A DNA stretch of 64,000 nt, from NCBI GenBank assembly GCA_963662945.1, contig OY759974.1, positions 1,856,001 to 1,920,000 on the forward strand. Direction: 5' to 3'. The first letter of the stretch is position 1; each line of letters starts with the position of its first letter. This document shows positions 31,801 through 40,933 of this stretch, piece after piece. The stretch comes from Arcobacteraceae bacterium. GTDB lineage: Bacteria; Campylobacterota; Campylobacteria; Campylobacterales; Arcobacteraceae. A model generated the notes under the pieces. It did no database searches, was not told the DNA's origin, and worked only from the letters and a program-made list of their open reading frames with translations. A program made the translations under genes and the position numbers.

Positions 31801-32804
31801 ATTTTAATAATTTGAAACCAAACTATAAGTTTAATAACTTTGATATTATTAATATCTCATTTGAACATAGAAAATATTTTATATCGCTTTTAGGATTAAT
31901 TTATCATTTAAATGAAGATAGAGAATTAGACTATATAAAAAATATTGATGACGAGTTTATTAAATTTATATTAGAAAATTATTTTGATTTTTTTAAAGAA
32001 TATTTTCATCCTACTGGTACATACAGTCCTGATATTTATGATAATATGGATGAATTAATTAGGAATTTATTGAGTTTTTTAGGTAATGATATAACTAAAA
32101 TCATATTATTAGAAGAACTTAGCAGTTATCCAAATGAAAGATTACAAACTAGAGTTAAATACCAATTAAACAATCTTTATAATTTAATACTAAAAAACAG
32201 AGAATTTAATAATGACTACTATAAAGATAAACTGGATAATTTTACAAAATTTGATGAAGATAATAGATTCTTTGATTATGAAAAATTAAAAAATGATTTA
32301 ATAGAGATTTGCTTACATGAAACAGAAAATAGAAAGACATTATCAACTTTTAGCGAAGATGAGATGAATGATAGATTTAGAACTGACTTATTAGTAAAAG
32401 GCTATTTTATAGCCGATCAAAGTAGAGGCGGTGAGTCTGAGAGTTCTAAAAGTGTAGGTGAACGTGATATAGTCATAAGAAATAAAGAAAGTGGTATAGT
32501 TGAAACTGTTTTAGAAGCTTTTAATTTGGAAAATTTAGATACTACAATAATAGAAAAGCACTATCAAAAACTTATCCTCAAATATGATACGACAGGGAAT
32601 AAACAAAATTTTATATTAGTATATTCTAAAGCAAAAGATTTTAACAGTTTATGGGATAGATATAAAGATGAATATATAGAAACTGAAGAAGATACGCAAA
32701 AAGATAACCTAAAAATAGGGTTTACAAAAGAGGGTAATATGACTATTGTACATTTATTTATAAATTTTTATTCAACAAAGGAGCCATGTCATGAAGATAA
32801 TTAA
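28845..32804 (+). CDS. NACHT/STAND NTPase with long helical region and C-terminal nuclease-like domain
   Basis: GEPASGKT Walker A, VLFDSIDE Walker B, FIITCR, FFHKSIQEYLSAY; C-terminal EDEMND...DQSRGG...GERDIVI...VLEAF. Confidence 0.8.
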   Translation: MDDFIPRYYIDNTTNEKYTFDELISKNNISIILGEPASGKTFQLEEYKKQNNYSKLVELLLIEYEEDITNDIEIVLFDSIDEALSKNDGDKILIKKLLKYIKTSLLINPNVKFIITCRYVEWKEIFEEKLKEIDNEFKIYYIQELSNDDINKLLIQYNINQDEFWNFIEENYLEELLKNILMIIHLIKDFDNYKGQQLKYFEIYEKIIINHLAIKTDNERTKVLDVLSNDEVFKILSLIAIYMTLNRQREINIENILKLGTELYKLDGIEITGEKLKLIFDTSLFNGNIKNTRFFHKSIQEYLSAYFINIKKLDLKTIKNIFAHKEGFYEEFEEVIIYLTNMEERFFYHFVEFDPFIFRRHPYLNESEQKALLVSMLNILSTKDRYKAWNRREYIQDSSLTKFDLIEKISQIVLNNIDINKVTNELLRYLKSLLKFNYDKKLEDIIFKIFENCLVDKNSCINYISVNKITNFEFNKRLFVFIKDNNLFSKETISLQLFIFQILYKKLDFKEIFILLYRFDMYSGLRIINKIDIEDIVFLFKTITENYGVYKKNFLSKQVIHLIFLVLQNTRALSDKTILYNIFDFIASERIYLGHDIHRYKDKTKDFNFDDIKDQFWKYYFKQDINRLYNRRVLSILSFYEISLVDIKDVSTIYHIEKYKDHYISFRSMIADIDDFLMQNIEFKNHMEEIWKKHEEQEKEWRREDEEWKKEIEERDKKALLQFEKAKEKLNTIEDVYIIYDYIDFDIESFDEEENNYSYILQNELKDKYIDFMQIIKNEFIKNTSYKTIKSKVLENEYSSLSYIINLYFKITSEEERKELINNSIDYEKFFWHKYKHGRLHDGHFIEISKLFQNDFIRLVCELFELAMIQSEGKYTKVCGDFIFLFKDLSIFDKYHLKYLLNKIKYIEIDYFKYIDDYEKRYLLELLALDENNYEFIKELLKSDLGKYGNYFESLMQIDINKAINNYMDIIYPQENKYLKFTIQKNFNNLKPNYKFNNFDIINISFEHRKYFISLLGLIYHLNEDRELDYIKNIDDEFIKFILENYFDFFKEYFHPTGTYSPDIYDNMDELIRNLLSFLGNDITKIILLEELSSYPNERLQTRVKYQLNNLYNLILKNREFNNDYYKDKLDNFTKFDEDNRFFDYEKLKNDLIEICLHETENRKTLSTFSEDEMNDRFRTDLLVKGYFIADQSRGGESESSKSVGERDIVIRNKESGIVETVLEAFNLENLDTTIIEKHYQKLILKYDTTGNKQNFILVYSKAKDFNSLWDRYKDEYIETEEDTQKDNLKIGFTKEGNMTIVHLFINFYSTKEPCHEDN

Positions 32805-34284
32805 AATTTTATTTATACTATTACTACCATACTTTTTATACGCAAATGTTTCCCTTATAGCACCAAACAGTTTTTATCAAGGGGATAGTGTAGAGTTCTC
32901 CTTAAGTGTAAGTGGAAAAGATATTAAAATACCTGATATAAAAGATATAGAGGGTTTTATGGTTCAAAGTTTAGGAACCTCTACACAAACAAATATTATC
33001 AATGGTGTACGAAGTGATAAACTTGTTAAAAACTATGCTTTTAAACCAACGAAAGATATTACTATACCAGCATTTGAAATAACTATAGATGGAAAAGTAG
33101 AAAAAACTCAAGCTCAAAAAATAGTGATGCAAAAAGTGGAAAAAACTGTTTCAGGTGATTATGATTTGACACTGAGTGTGGATAAAAAACAAGTTTATGT
33201 AGGTGAAAGTATTCATTTAACTCTTTTGTTTAAATATAAAAAAGATCTTAATATTATAGGTTTGGAGTTTGAAAAACCAACATTTGAAAGTTTTTGGGTA
33301 AAAGAGTTAAAAGCAAATGATAATTTACCAGTAGATAGCCATTATACTTATCAAAAATTAGAATATTTACTGTTCCCACAAAAAAGTGGAAAGTTAACTA
33401 TTGAACCATTAAAAATAGAAGCTGTTACTACTCAAAGCAGTTATAGAAGTAGTTTTTTTGTTACAGCACCAACACAAAGAACGAAAGTATATTCTAACAA
33501 AATAGCATTAGATGTGAAAGCATTACCACAAAATATAAAACTTATAGGTGATTTTTCTATTGATGCTACAATTGATAAAAATAGTTTAAAAGAGGGAGAA
33601 GCAGTTTCATATAAGGTTACGATACAAGGACGAGGAAATGTTGATGATATAGATGAGGTAAAATTAACAATTCCAGATGCTACAATCTATGAAAATCCAT
33701 CTGAAAAAAAATATGATATTCAAAATAATCTTTATGGAGGAGTATATACAAAAGCATTTTCAATAGTTCCTACAAAAAGCTTCACTATTCCTGAAATAAG
33801 TTTACAATATTTTGATAAAAAAACAAAAACAGTAAAAACAATCAAAACAAAAAGTTTTCCTATCAAAGTAACAGCAGCAGAAAAAAAAGTAACAAAACTA
33901 GAAGTTGCTCAAGATAAAAGCAACAGTGTAGAATCAAAAGAAACAATAGAGGTGGTAAAAATATCACAAAATGAAAAGATACTTTATTTTCTGTTTGGGC
34001 TTATTGTAGGTGTTGTTAGTGTGATATTTGTTTTAGTTTTAAAAAAACAAAAAACAAAAAAAGAGGATACACCACTTATCAAATTAGTAAAACAATCAAA
34101 AACACAAAACGAGTTATTGAAAATTCTTGTAGCTTTTATAAAAATTGATGAAGATTTAGATAAAATGATATTCACTCTTGAAATAAAGTTAGAAATAGAA
34201 CAGTTTAAGAGGGTGAAAAAAGAGATAATAGAAATTTTAAATCGTTTAGTGAAAAAGGGTATACAATTAGATACAAAAATTTAA
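32791..34284 (+). CDS. batD: BatD-like protein
   Basis: signal peptide, repeated beta-sandwich units (VYVGE, FPQKSGKLTI), C-terminal TM; same operon as the VWA-TPR gene. Confidence 0.85.
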   Translation: MKIIKILFILLLPYFLYANVSLIAPNSFYQGDSVEFSLSVSGKDIKIPDIKDIEGFMVQSLGTSTQTNIINGVRSDKLVKNYAFKPTKDITIPAFEITIDGKVEKTQAQKIVMQKVEKTVSGDYDLTLSVDKKQVYVGESIHLTLLFKYKKDLNIIGLEFEKPTFESFWVKELKANDNLPVDSHYTYQKLEYLLFPQKSGKLTIEPLKIEAVTTQSSYRSSFFVTAPTQRTKVYSNKIALDVKALPQNIKLIGDFSIDATIDKNSLKEGEAVSYKVTIQGRGNVDDIDEVKLTIPDATIYENPSEKKYDIQNNLYGGVYTKAFSIVPTKSFTIPEISLQYFDKKTKTVKTIKTKSFPIKVTAAEKKVTKLEVAQDKSNSVESKETIEVVKISQNEKILYFLFGLIVGVVSVIFVLVLKKQKTKKEDTPLIKLVKQSKTQNELLKILVAFIKIDEDLDKMIFTLEIKLEIEQFKRVKKEIIEILNRLVKKGIQLDTKI

Positions 34285-34295
34285 TTATCGTAGTA

Positions 34296-34847
34296 TTGTT
34301 TATAACAAATAGTTTTGCAGTAGAGTTCCAATGGGGAACTCCTGTACAAACTAATATTACTAAAGATAAAGTAGAGATGGTTATTAAAAAATATGTAGAT
34401 GCAAAATATCCTCAAAAAGTAAAAGAATATCAACAATATTTAGACAATATTAAACAAACAAAAATAGAAAAATATGCAGATGTTACCTTTGTCGATGATA
34501 CACTTATGTGGCAAGATGATCAAGCTACGATTTCAAAAAAACTTAATATTTTAGAGTTTAAAATATATTGTAGAGATTTGATTTTGGCAAATAGAAAAGA
34601 TTGGAGAGTTCCTTCTTATACTGAACTTTTAAAGCTTGTTGATTATCAAAAACATAATCCTGCAAGTCACGAAAAAATAAAGTATATAATGCCAAATAAA
34701 TATTGGAGTGGTTCAAGTAGTTTAACAACTAAAGATAACTATTTTTTTATTGATTTTGAAAATGGAACAACAAACTTTACAACAGATATGCAAAGATATA
34801 ATATACGATGTGTAAGAGAAGTCTCAAAAAAAGATGGTGAATATTGA
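34296..34847 (+). CDS. DUF1566 (Lcl C-terminal, C-type lectin fold) protein; true start possibly ATT 34266
   Basis: LMWQD, YCRDL, DWRVPS..EL, YWS, IDFENG, RCVRE. Confidence 0.82.
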   Translation: MFITNSFAVEFQWGTPVQTNITKDKVEMVIKKYVDAKYPQKVKEYQQYLDNIKQTKIEKYADVTFVDDTLMWQDDQATISKKLNILEFKIYCRDLILANRKDWRVPSYTELLKLVDYQKHNPASHEKIKYIMPNKYWSGSSSLTTKDNYFFIDFENGTTNFTTDMQRYNIRCVREVSKKDGEY

Positions 34848-35269
34848 TGAAAAGTTTTTTTCTATTTTTGATAATTAGCATTTCAATATTTGCAAATGAT
34901 TTTGAAAAAAGTATCAATATTGTTACCGATACAACAGCCAATATAATGTGGCAAGATAATCTTGAATCAACACAATATCTTGAAGATATAACAATGGCAC
35001 AAACCTATTGTGAAAATTTGATTTTAAATGGTTATATTGATTGGGAAATGGCAACGATTGAACAATTAGAAACTCTTATTGATATTACAAAAAAAGATGT
35101 CACTATTCAAAAAGAGTTTCAATATACTACTCCTACAAAATATTGGACAAAAAGTAAGTATGTAGCTGATTCAAATCAGTTTTGGTATGTAGATTTTCAA
35201 ACAGGTTCTGTAAATTTTGATACACGAAATCATAAATATACAGTACGATGTGTAAGGGATATGAAATGA
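34844..35269 (+). CDS. DUF1566 exported protein
   Basis: signal peptide, VTDT..IMWQD, YCENL, DW..AT.EQL, WYVDFQTG, RCVRD. Confidence 0.85.
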   Translation: MMKSFFLFLIISISIFANDFEKSINIVTDTTANIMWQDNLESTQYLEDITMAQTYCENLILNGYIDWEMATIEQLETLIDITKKDVTIQKEFQYTTPTKYWTKSKYVADSNQFWYVDFQTGSVNFDTRNHKYTVRCVRDMK

Positions 35270-36012
35270 TAACGAAATTTATTTTTCTTAGTTTATTATT
35301 TATTTCTTACGCCTTTGCTGTAATGAATCCTTATCAAACATTAGATACTAATGAAAAACTCAATGTGATGGTAAATTATTTTTTAAATGAAGAGTTAAGA
35401 AGTTTAAAACCGCCATTACCTATAAAAGATCAGCTACAAGATGATGATGCAAATTTAGACCCAATAAAATATGAACAATATTTTAATTATATTCAAAGAT
35501 TAAAAGCAATACGAGAAAGTAGAATAGAAGAGCAAAAAAAGATAGATGAAAAGTATCAAGGTCAAATAGCTTTTTATAATAGTAAATTAAAAAATCTTAA
35601 AAAATTTTATGAAAATCAAAAAAATTTAGATCCAATAATACAAAAAAGTGTAAATAAAGCTTTTAAAGTTTTATATGGAAAACCAACTTTTGAAAGTGTT
35701 GCGTATGATGAAAAAGGTGATTCTTTTATCGCAAAACTTTCTGTTGAAGATATATATCATATTGATAAATATGTACCTAAAGAAGTATATTTTAGAATTT
35801 CAAAAAGTGATTTAGATAGTTTTTTTACACATTATCAAGAATCGCAAATCAATGTTGTATTTGAATATAGTAATAATTTGTTAATCTATGATAGTATAAT
35901 ATTCAAATATAAGGATACTACTTACAGAGGTATATTTGTAAGTGAAAAAATCGATAAAATTAAACTAGATATAAAGATTAATAATGATATATTTCGTTTA
36001 GAAAAAATATAA
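35266..36012 (+). CDS. hypothetical exported protein
   Basis: ATGA overlap with the previous gene; signal peptide ending YAFA. Confidence 0.7.
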   Translation: MITKFIFLSLLFISYAFAVMNPYQTLDTNEKLNVMVNYFLNEELRSLKPPLPIKDQLQDDDANLDPIKYEQYFNYIQRLKAIRESRIEEQKKIDEKYQGQIAFYNSKLKNLKKFYENQKNLDPIIQKSVNKAFKVLYGKPTFESVAYDEKGDSFIAKLSVEDIYHIDKYVPKEVYFRISKSDLDSFFTHYQESQINVVFEYSNNLLIYDSIIFKYKDTTYRGIFVSEKIDKIKLDIKINNDIFRLEKI

Positions 36013-36026
36013 TAAAGTATAGGGTT

Positions 36027-36743
36027 GTGAAGATGAAAAAAATTATAAGTAGTTTGTTATTATTAAGTTCAATGAGTTTTGCTACAAGTTATTTTGCAAA
36101 AGTAGAACCAATTAACAGTTATAATATAAAATCAAGTGTAAGTGGTAAAGTGATATTCGCCAATGATTCATTGGAATCAAAAACAGTGACTGACGAAATG
36201 ATAATTAAGATAGATGATGCTGTAAATAAGATAGATTTAGCACAATCGCAATTGAAATTAGAAAATATGAAATTAATACAAAAGTTAGAAGAAGATACTT
36301 TAGAGAGATTTAAAAAAGTATCATCAAAATCAAAGTTTGATAGAGATAATCAAAAAATCGTAATATTAAACACAGCTTCAACAATTAATGATCTTGAAAC
36401 TAAAATAGCAACACTAAAAGATACAATTAAAAATAAAAATTTACGAGAAAAAAATAGTTATATTTATGACGTAGCAGTTGAAGTTGGAGATTATGTAAGT
36501 CCTGGAACACCTCTTTATACAGCTATGGATTTATCAAAAGGTAAAGTTGAAATTTTTATTCCTATTGATGAAGCAGCAACAATTAAAGATAAAGAGATAT
36601 ATATTGATGATAAAAAATCAGATTTAAAAATAGCAAAGTTATATAATGTAGCAGATACTAAACATATCTCTTCATATAAGTGTGAGATTGTTATTCCTAA
36701 TCCACAAGAATTTTCAAAACTTGTAAAAATAGAATTTAAATAA
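36027..36743 (+). CDS. HlyD-like membrane fusion/periplasmic adaptor protein
   Basis: lipoyl half motifs IKSSVSGKV and VEVGDYVSPGTPL around a coiled coil. Confidence 0.75.
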   Translation: MKMKKIISSLLLLSSMSFATSYFAKVEPINSYNIKSSVSGKVIFANDSLESKTVTDEMIIKIDDAVNKIDLAQSQLKLENMKLIQKLEEDTLERFKKVSSKSKFDRDNQKIVILNTASTINDLETKIATLKDTIKNKNLREKNSYIYDVAVEVGDYVSPGTPLYTAMDLSKGKVEIFIPIDEAATIKDKEIYIDDKKSDLKIAKLYNVADTKHISSYKCEIVIPNPQEFSKLVKIEFK

Positions 36744-36752
36744 TATAACAAC

Positions 36753-37928
36753 TTGACACATTTCGAACTTTTAAAATTTAATAAACCAGTACGGCAGCTT
36801 ACTTATGTGCAGTTTATTGCATATTTTGGAGCATGGTTTTCAAATGTAGCTATTTATACTATGCTTGTACAGTTTGATGCAAGTGCATTTATTATAGCTA
36901 CTGTAACAGCTTTTCATTTTTTACCAGGGGTAATTCTTTCCCCATTTAATGGTTCTATTGTAGATAGAATTAATGTAAAAAAACTTATGATAATACTTTT
37001 GGCTACAGAGATGAGTATGACCTTAGCTTTTTTGTTTATTAATAGCATAAATGATGTATGGCTTTTGATGTTGCTTCTTTTTATACGAATGGGAAGTGCT
37101 TCTATTTTCTTTACAACAGAGATGACTCTTTTACCTAAACTATTAAGTGGTGAGGCTTTAATTAAAGCAAATGAGATACACTCAATGGTGTGGTCGATTA
37201 CTTTTACAGCAGGAATGGCACTAGGTGGGGTAGTAGTAAGTGTATTTGGTGTTAAAACATCATTTATGATTGATGCTGTATTTTTCTTTATAGCAATTTT
37301 AATTGTACTACAGATTCAATTTAATGTGGAAATAGAGAAAGTTACACATAGTATTTTTCAAACTATTAAAGAGGGATTTGAATATTTAAAAAACAACAAA
37401 TATTTGTTCCATTATATGTTTATACACTCTACAGTTGGATTTACAATTTTTGATACTATAATAACTTTATTGGCAGACAAGCATTATAAATATGTGATAG
37501 CAATACCTTTAGCAATTGGTTTTACAAATGGAATTCGTGCTTTGGCTTTAATGATTGGACCAATATTTTTAAGTAGTTGGATAACTAAAGAAAGATTATT
37601 TTATATGTTTTTAGCACAAGGTGGTGCTATAATTTTGTGGGCATTTTTACAATATGACTTTTATTTAGGACTTTTTGGAATGTTTTTAGTTGGATTAACT
37701 ACTACAACACTTTGGTCTTATACTTATACAATGCTTCAAGAAGAAGTGGAGAGAAAATACTTAGGCAGAGTACTAGCATATAATGAGATGATATTTATGC
37801 TTTCAACTGTAATAACTACATTTTTTATTGGTATTATGGCATCAATTGTAACGCTAAATATAATCTCAATGTTATTAGGTGTAGCTTTTATAGCTGTAGC
37901 ATATTATTATAAAAGGGTATTTTTATGA
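36753..37928 (+). CDS. MFS transporter
   Basis: about 12 TM helices, GSIVDRINVKK motif A, YLGRV. Confidence 0.9.
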   Translation: MTHFELLKFNKPVRQLTYVQFIAYFGAWFSNVAIYTMLVQFDASAFIIATVTAFHFLPGVILSPFNGSIVDRINVKKLMIILLATEMSMTLAFLFINSINDVWLLMLLLFIRMGSASIFFTTEMTLLPKLLSGEALIKANEIHSMVWSITFTAGMALGGVVVSVFGVKTSFMIDAVFFFIAILIVLQIQFNVEIEKVTHSIFQTIKEGFEYLKNNKYLFHYMFIHSTVGFTIFDTIITLLADKHYKYVIAIPLAIGFTNGIRALALMIGPIFLSSWITKERLFYMFLAQGGAIILWAFLQYDFYLGLFGMFLVGLTTTTLWSYTYTMLQEEVERKYLGRVLAYNEMIFMLSTVITTFFIGIMASIVTLNIISMLLGVAFIAVAYYYKRVFL

Positions 37929-38170
37929 ATTTAGATTTAACGATGGAAAATATAGAGATAAGAGTTTTACTTTTAGCCTTATATAAAAAGCAAGATAATG
38001 AAAGTTTCAATGATGTTCTTGGTGTGATGGAAGAAAGTAGAGTATTTACAAAAAAAGTTGGAAAAAAATATCTTAAATATTTAAAAAGTGAAAATTATAT
38101 TACGGAAGATAGTTTTACAATGATAGGGTTAGAAAAAGCAAAAGAGATTGAAATGGAGTTTAAAATTTAA
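37925..38170 (+). CDS. hypothetical protein (small, winged-helix-like)
   Basis: 81-aa ORF overlapping the MFS stop codon. Confidence 0.65.
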   Translation: MNLDLTMENIEIRVLLLALYKKQDNESFNDVLGVMEESRVFTKKVGKKYLKYLKSENYITEDSFTMIGLEKAKEIEMEFKI

Positions 38171-38214
38171 ACTATTTTATAGAAATAGTTTGCTACAATT
38201 CCAGTCCTTAAAAC

Positions 38215-38299
38215 GCGATCGTGGTGGAATTGGTAGACACGCTATCTTGAGGGGGTAGTGCCAACAGGTGTGCGGGTTCAAATCCCGCCGATCGCACCA
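38215..38299 (+). tRNA. tRNA-Leu(GAG)
   Basis: acceptor GCGATCG/CGATCGC, D-loop TTGGTA, anticodon arm CTATC-TTGAGGG-GGTAG, long variable arm, GGTTCAAATCC, encoded CCA; TGCTACAAT upstream. Confidence 0.97.
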
Positions 38300-38300
38300 T

Positions 38301-38330
38301 TTGACAAATCTATTCTAATAAAGTTACAAT
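38301..38330 (+). promoter_or_regulatory. putative sigma70 promoter immediately after the tRNA CCA
   Basis: TTGACA 38301-38306, 18 nt, TACAAT 38325-38330. Confidence 0.55.
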
Positions 38331-38359
38331 CTCTTTACAATCTACAAAGGAGATTTCTC

Positions 38360-39004
38360 ATGAAAAAAGCAGTAATATTTGATCTTGATGGTACACTTAT
38401 AGATTCTCTTGAAGATATCGCAATCAATGCAAATAAAGTTTTACGACAACTCAATTGTCCTACTCACTCTTTGGAACAATATAAACATTTTGTAGGTGAT
38501 GGTGCAAAAGTTTTAATGCAAAATGCAATGCCTAAATACATATCAAAAAACTATCTTACAGAGGCTTTAGAATTATTTAAAAGTTTTTATGAACAAAATC
38601 TTCATGCAAATACAAAGTTATACGAAGGTGTTAAACCACTTTTAATTGAGCTTGTAGAACAAAATATCCCTTTAGCTATTTTATCAAATAAACCCGATAA
38701 GTTCACAAAACTTTATGTAGAAACTTTATTGCCAGATATCCCTTTTGTTGTTGTTTCTGGGCAACAAGAAAGTGTTGAAAAAAAACCACATCCAGCAGGG
38801 GCATTGAATATTGCAAAAAAATTCCAAATAGACCCAAAAGATATTTATTTTGTAGGTGATACTGCAACAGATATGAAAACTGCAAAAAATGCAAATATGG
38901 TTGCTGTTGGTGTTTCTTGGGGATTTAGAACAATCAAAGAGTTACAAGATAATGGAGCAGATTTTATTATTAAGAAACCAGAAGAACTATTGGTTTTGTA
39001 TTAA
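38360..39004 (+). CDS. HAD hydrolase, phosphoglycolate phosphatase-like
   Basis: AAGGAG then ATG 38360; FDLDGTLIDS, LSNK, KKPHP, VGDT. Confidence 0.9.
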   Translation: MKKAVIFDLDGTLIDSLEDIAINANKVLRQLNCPTHSLEQYKHFVGDGAKVLMQNAMPKYISKNYLTEALELFKSFYEQNLHANTKLYEGVKPLLIELVEQNIPLAILSNKPDKFTKLYVETLLPDIPFVVVSGQQESVEKKPHPAGALNIAKKFQIDPKDIYFVGDTATDMKTAKNANMVAVGVSWGFRTIKELQDNGADFIIKKPEELLVLY

Positions 39005-40765
39005 ATAATCTGTCATCTCTTGTGCATTAATTGCTTGTGAGTAGAAAAATCCTTGTATATATCTACATCCTTGTGACAATAAAAAATCTTTTTGTTCTAA
39101 AGTTTCAACACCTTCTGCTATAACTTTTAAGTTTAAACTTGTACAAAGATTTATAATAGTTTTACTAATAGCAGCATCTTCTTGATCAGATGGTAAATCT
39201 TTTACAAATGATTTATCAATTTTTAATTTATGAATAGGAAGCTTTTTCAAATATGCTAGTGAAGAATATCCTGTTCCAAAATCATCAATTGCAATTGAAA
39301 TACCTAATTGATTAATTTGGCTTAATGTTTTGATTGATTGTTCTGGATTTTTCATAATTTGACTTTCTGTTACTTCAAATTCAATTTTATTTGCTACATC
39401 ATGGTATTGTATTAACAATATTTTTAAAAAGTCTATGAAGTCATCTTCTTCTATTTGTTTCATGGCAAGGTTCATTGAGAGTTTACCCGGATTTAATCCC
39501 TCTTTATGCCATTTTTGAAATTGTTTTAAAGCTTTTTGCATTACTATTCTATCAAGATATACTATCATACCTGTTAATTCTGCTAATGGGATAAATTTAT
39601 CAGGAGCAATAAGTCCTAAAGAGGGATGATTCCATCGTACAAGGGTTTCCATTCCCACAAGACGATTTTCCATTGCATCTATTTGTGGTTGAAAGTGTAC
39701 TACAAACTCATCATTTTCTAAAGCATCTCTCAATGCTGATTCTAAAAAAACTCTATTATATGCTTGCTGTGTCATTTGTTCATTATAAAAACAATATGTG
39801 TGTCTTCCATTTGATTTAGCTTTATTCATAGCAGCATCAGAGTTTCTAAGAAGAGTATCATAGTTTTGTCCATTATTAGGAAAAATAGATATACCAACAC
39901 TTACACCTAAATATAAAGTACTATTTTCAATCAAAAAAGGTTTTTTTAACATCATCATAATGTCTGTAATATAATTTGTAATCTCTTCTGTTGATTCAAT
40001 ATGATTTAAAATAATACAAAACTCATCACCACCAAGTCTTGCAAGCGTATCATCAGGTGCAATTTTTTCTTTTAATCTATTTGCAAACTCTACTAAAACT
40101 ATATCTCCAAAAATATGACCAAGAGAATCATTTATCTCTTTAAAATGATCAAGGTCTAGTGTCAGTAGAACAGCCTGTTTAATATTCTTTTGTGCAGTTT
40201 GGATAGCTTCTTTTAATTTTTCTATTAATAATATTCTATTTGGAAGATTTGTAAGAGAATCATGTGTTGCTTGAAATTGAAGTTGTTCTTTTTGTTCTTG
40301 AGTTTTTTTTAAACTTTTTTCTAAGGACAATTGCATCATCTTTAACTCTGTAATATCTCTTCCTGTCCCAACTGTTCCAACAACATTTCCCTGTTTATCA
40401 TAAAAAGGTGCTTTATATACTTCAAGGTATAAAAGTTTTCCTTTTACATTTCCATATTCTTCAAATCTCATTGGAGCTTGATTATCAATAACTTCTTGAT
40501 CACTATTGAAACAAAGTTCTCCAAAAGTATGCCATTGTGGATTATTTTTGTGGGTTTCTCTTTCTCTTAATGCAAAAAAAACATCACCTTTCCCTATTGG
40601 TTCTTGGGTGTCTTTTGCCATTAAAAGATTATCACAGATGGCTTGGTTTGCGTAGAGATAGTTTCCTTCTAAGTCTTTTACCCAGAGCATATCAGGAAGA
40701 TGTTTAGTTAATAGTTTCAGAAGTTCTGAATTATGTTTTTGAAGTTCTTCAACATTAAAACCCAT
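38987..40765 (-). CDS. cytoplasmic PAS-GGDEF-EAL protein
   Basis: PAS (WVKDLEG...GRDITE), RLGGDEF, ETLVRW, DDFGTGYSS, AEGVET. Confidence 0.93.
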   Translation of the reverse strand: MGFNVEELQKHNSELLKLLTKHLPDMLWVKDLEGNYLYANQAICDNLLMAKDTQEPIGKGDVFFALRERETHKNNPQWHTFGELCFNSDQEVIDNQAPMRFEEYGNVKGKLLYLEVYKAPFYDKQGNVVGTVGTGRDITELKMMQLSLEKSLKKTQEQKEQLQFQATHDSLTNLPNRILLIEKLKEAIQTAQKNIKQAVLLTLDLDHFKEINDSLGHIFGDIVLVEFANRLKEKIAPDDTLARLGGDEFCIILNHIESTEEITNYITDIMMMLKKPFLIENSTLYLGVSVGISIFPNNGQNYDTLLRNSDAAMNKAKSNGRHTYCFYNEQMTQQAYNRVFLESALRDALENDEFVVHFQPQIDAMENRLVGMETLVRWNHPSLGLIAPDKFIPLAELTGMIVYLDRIVMQKALKQFQKWHKEGLNPGKLSMNLAMKQIEEDDFIDFLKILLIQYHDVANKIEFEVTESQIMKNPEQSIKTLSQINQLGISIAIDDFGTGYSSLAYLKKLPIHKLKIDKSFVKDLPSDQEDAAISKTIINLCTSLNLKVIAEGVETLEQKDFLLSQGCRYIQGFFYSQAINAQEMTDYLIQNQ

Positions 40766-40933
40766 ACAAAAGTCCTTACATTAAATATAAAAGAACTTAT
40801 ACTACAATATTAGTCTTAAAAATAAAGTTAATATTTGTTTTATATAATTTATAAAAAAAATAAGTAATAGTGATAAAAAAAGTAAAGAAATATCTATTGT
40901 AGAGTATAATAAAATTAAAAATTGGGGTGATAT

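Noticed and set aside
32775-32804. possible target-site duplication of the batB 3' end at the end of the NACHT gene
   Set aside because: Similarity between AAACCTTGGTAA and GAGCCATGTCAT is too weak to support.
34296-35269. DUF1566 pair as targets of a diversity-generating retroelement
   Set aside because: No reverse transcriptase or template repeat seen in the window, and the two 3' ends differ at many non-adenine positions. A remote DGR cannot be excluded.
38258-38359. N-terminal extension of the HAD ORF in the track
   Set aside because: Overlaps tRNA-Leu; the AAGGAG-ATG at 38360 is the credible start.
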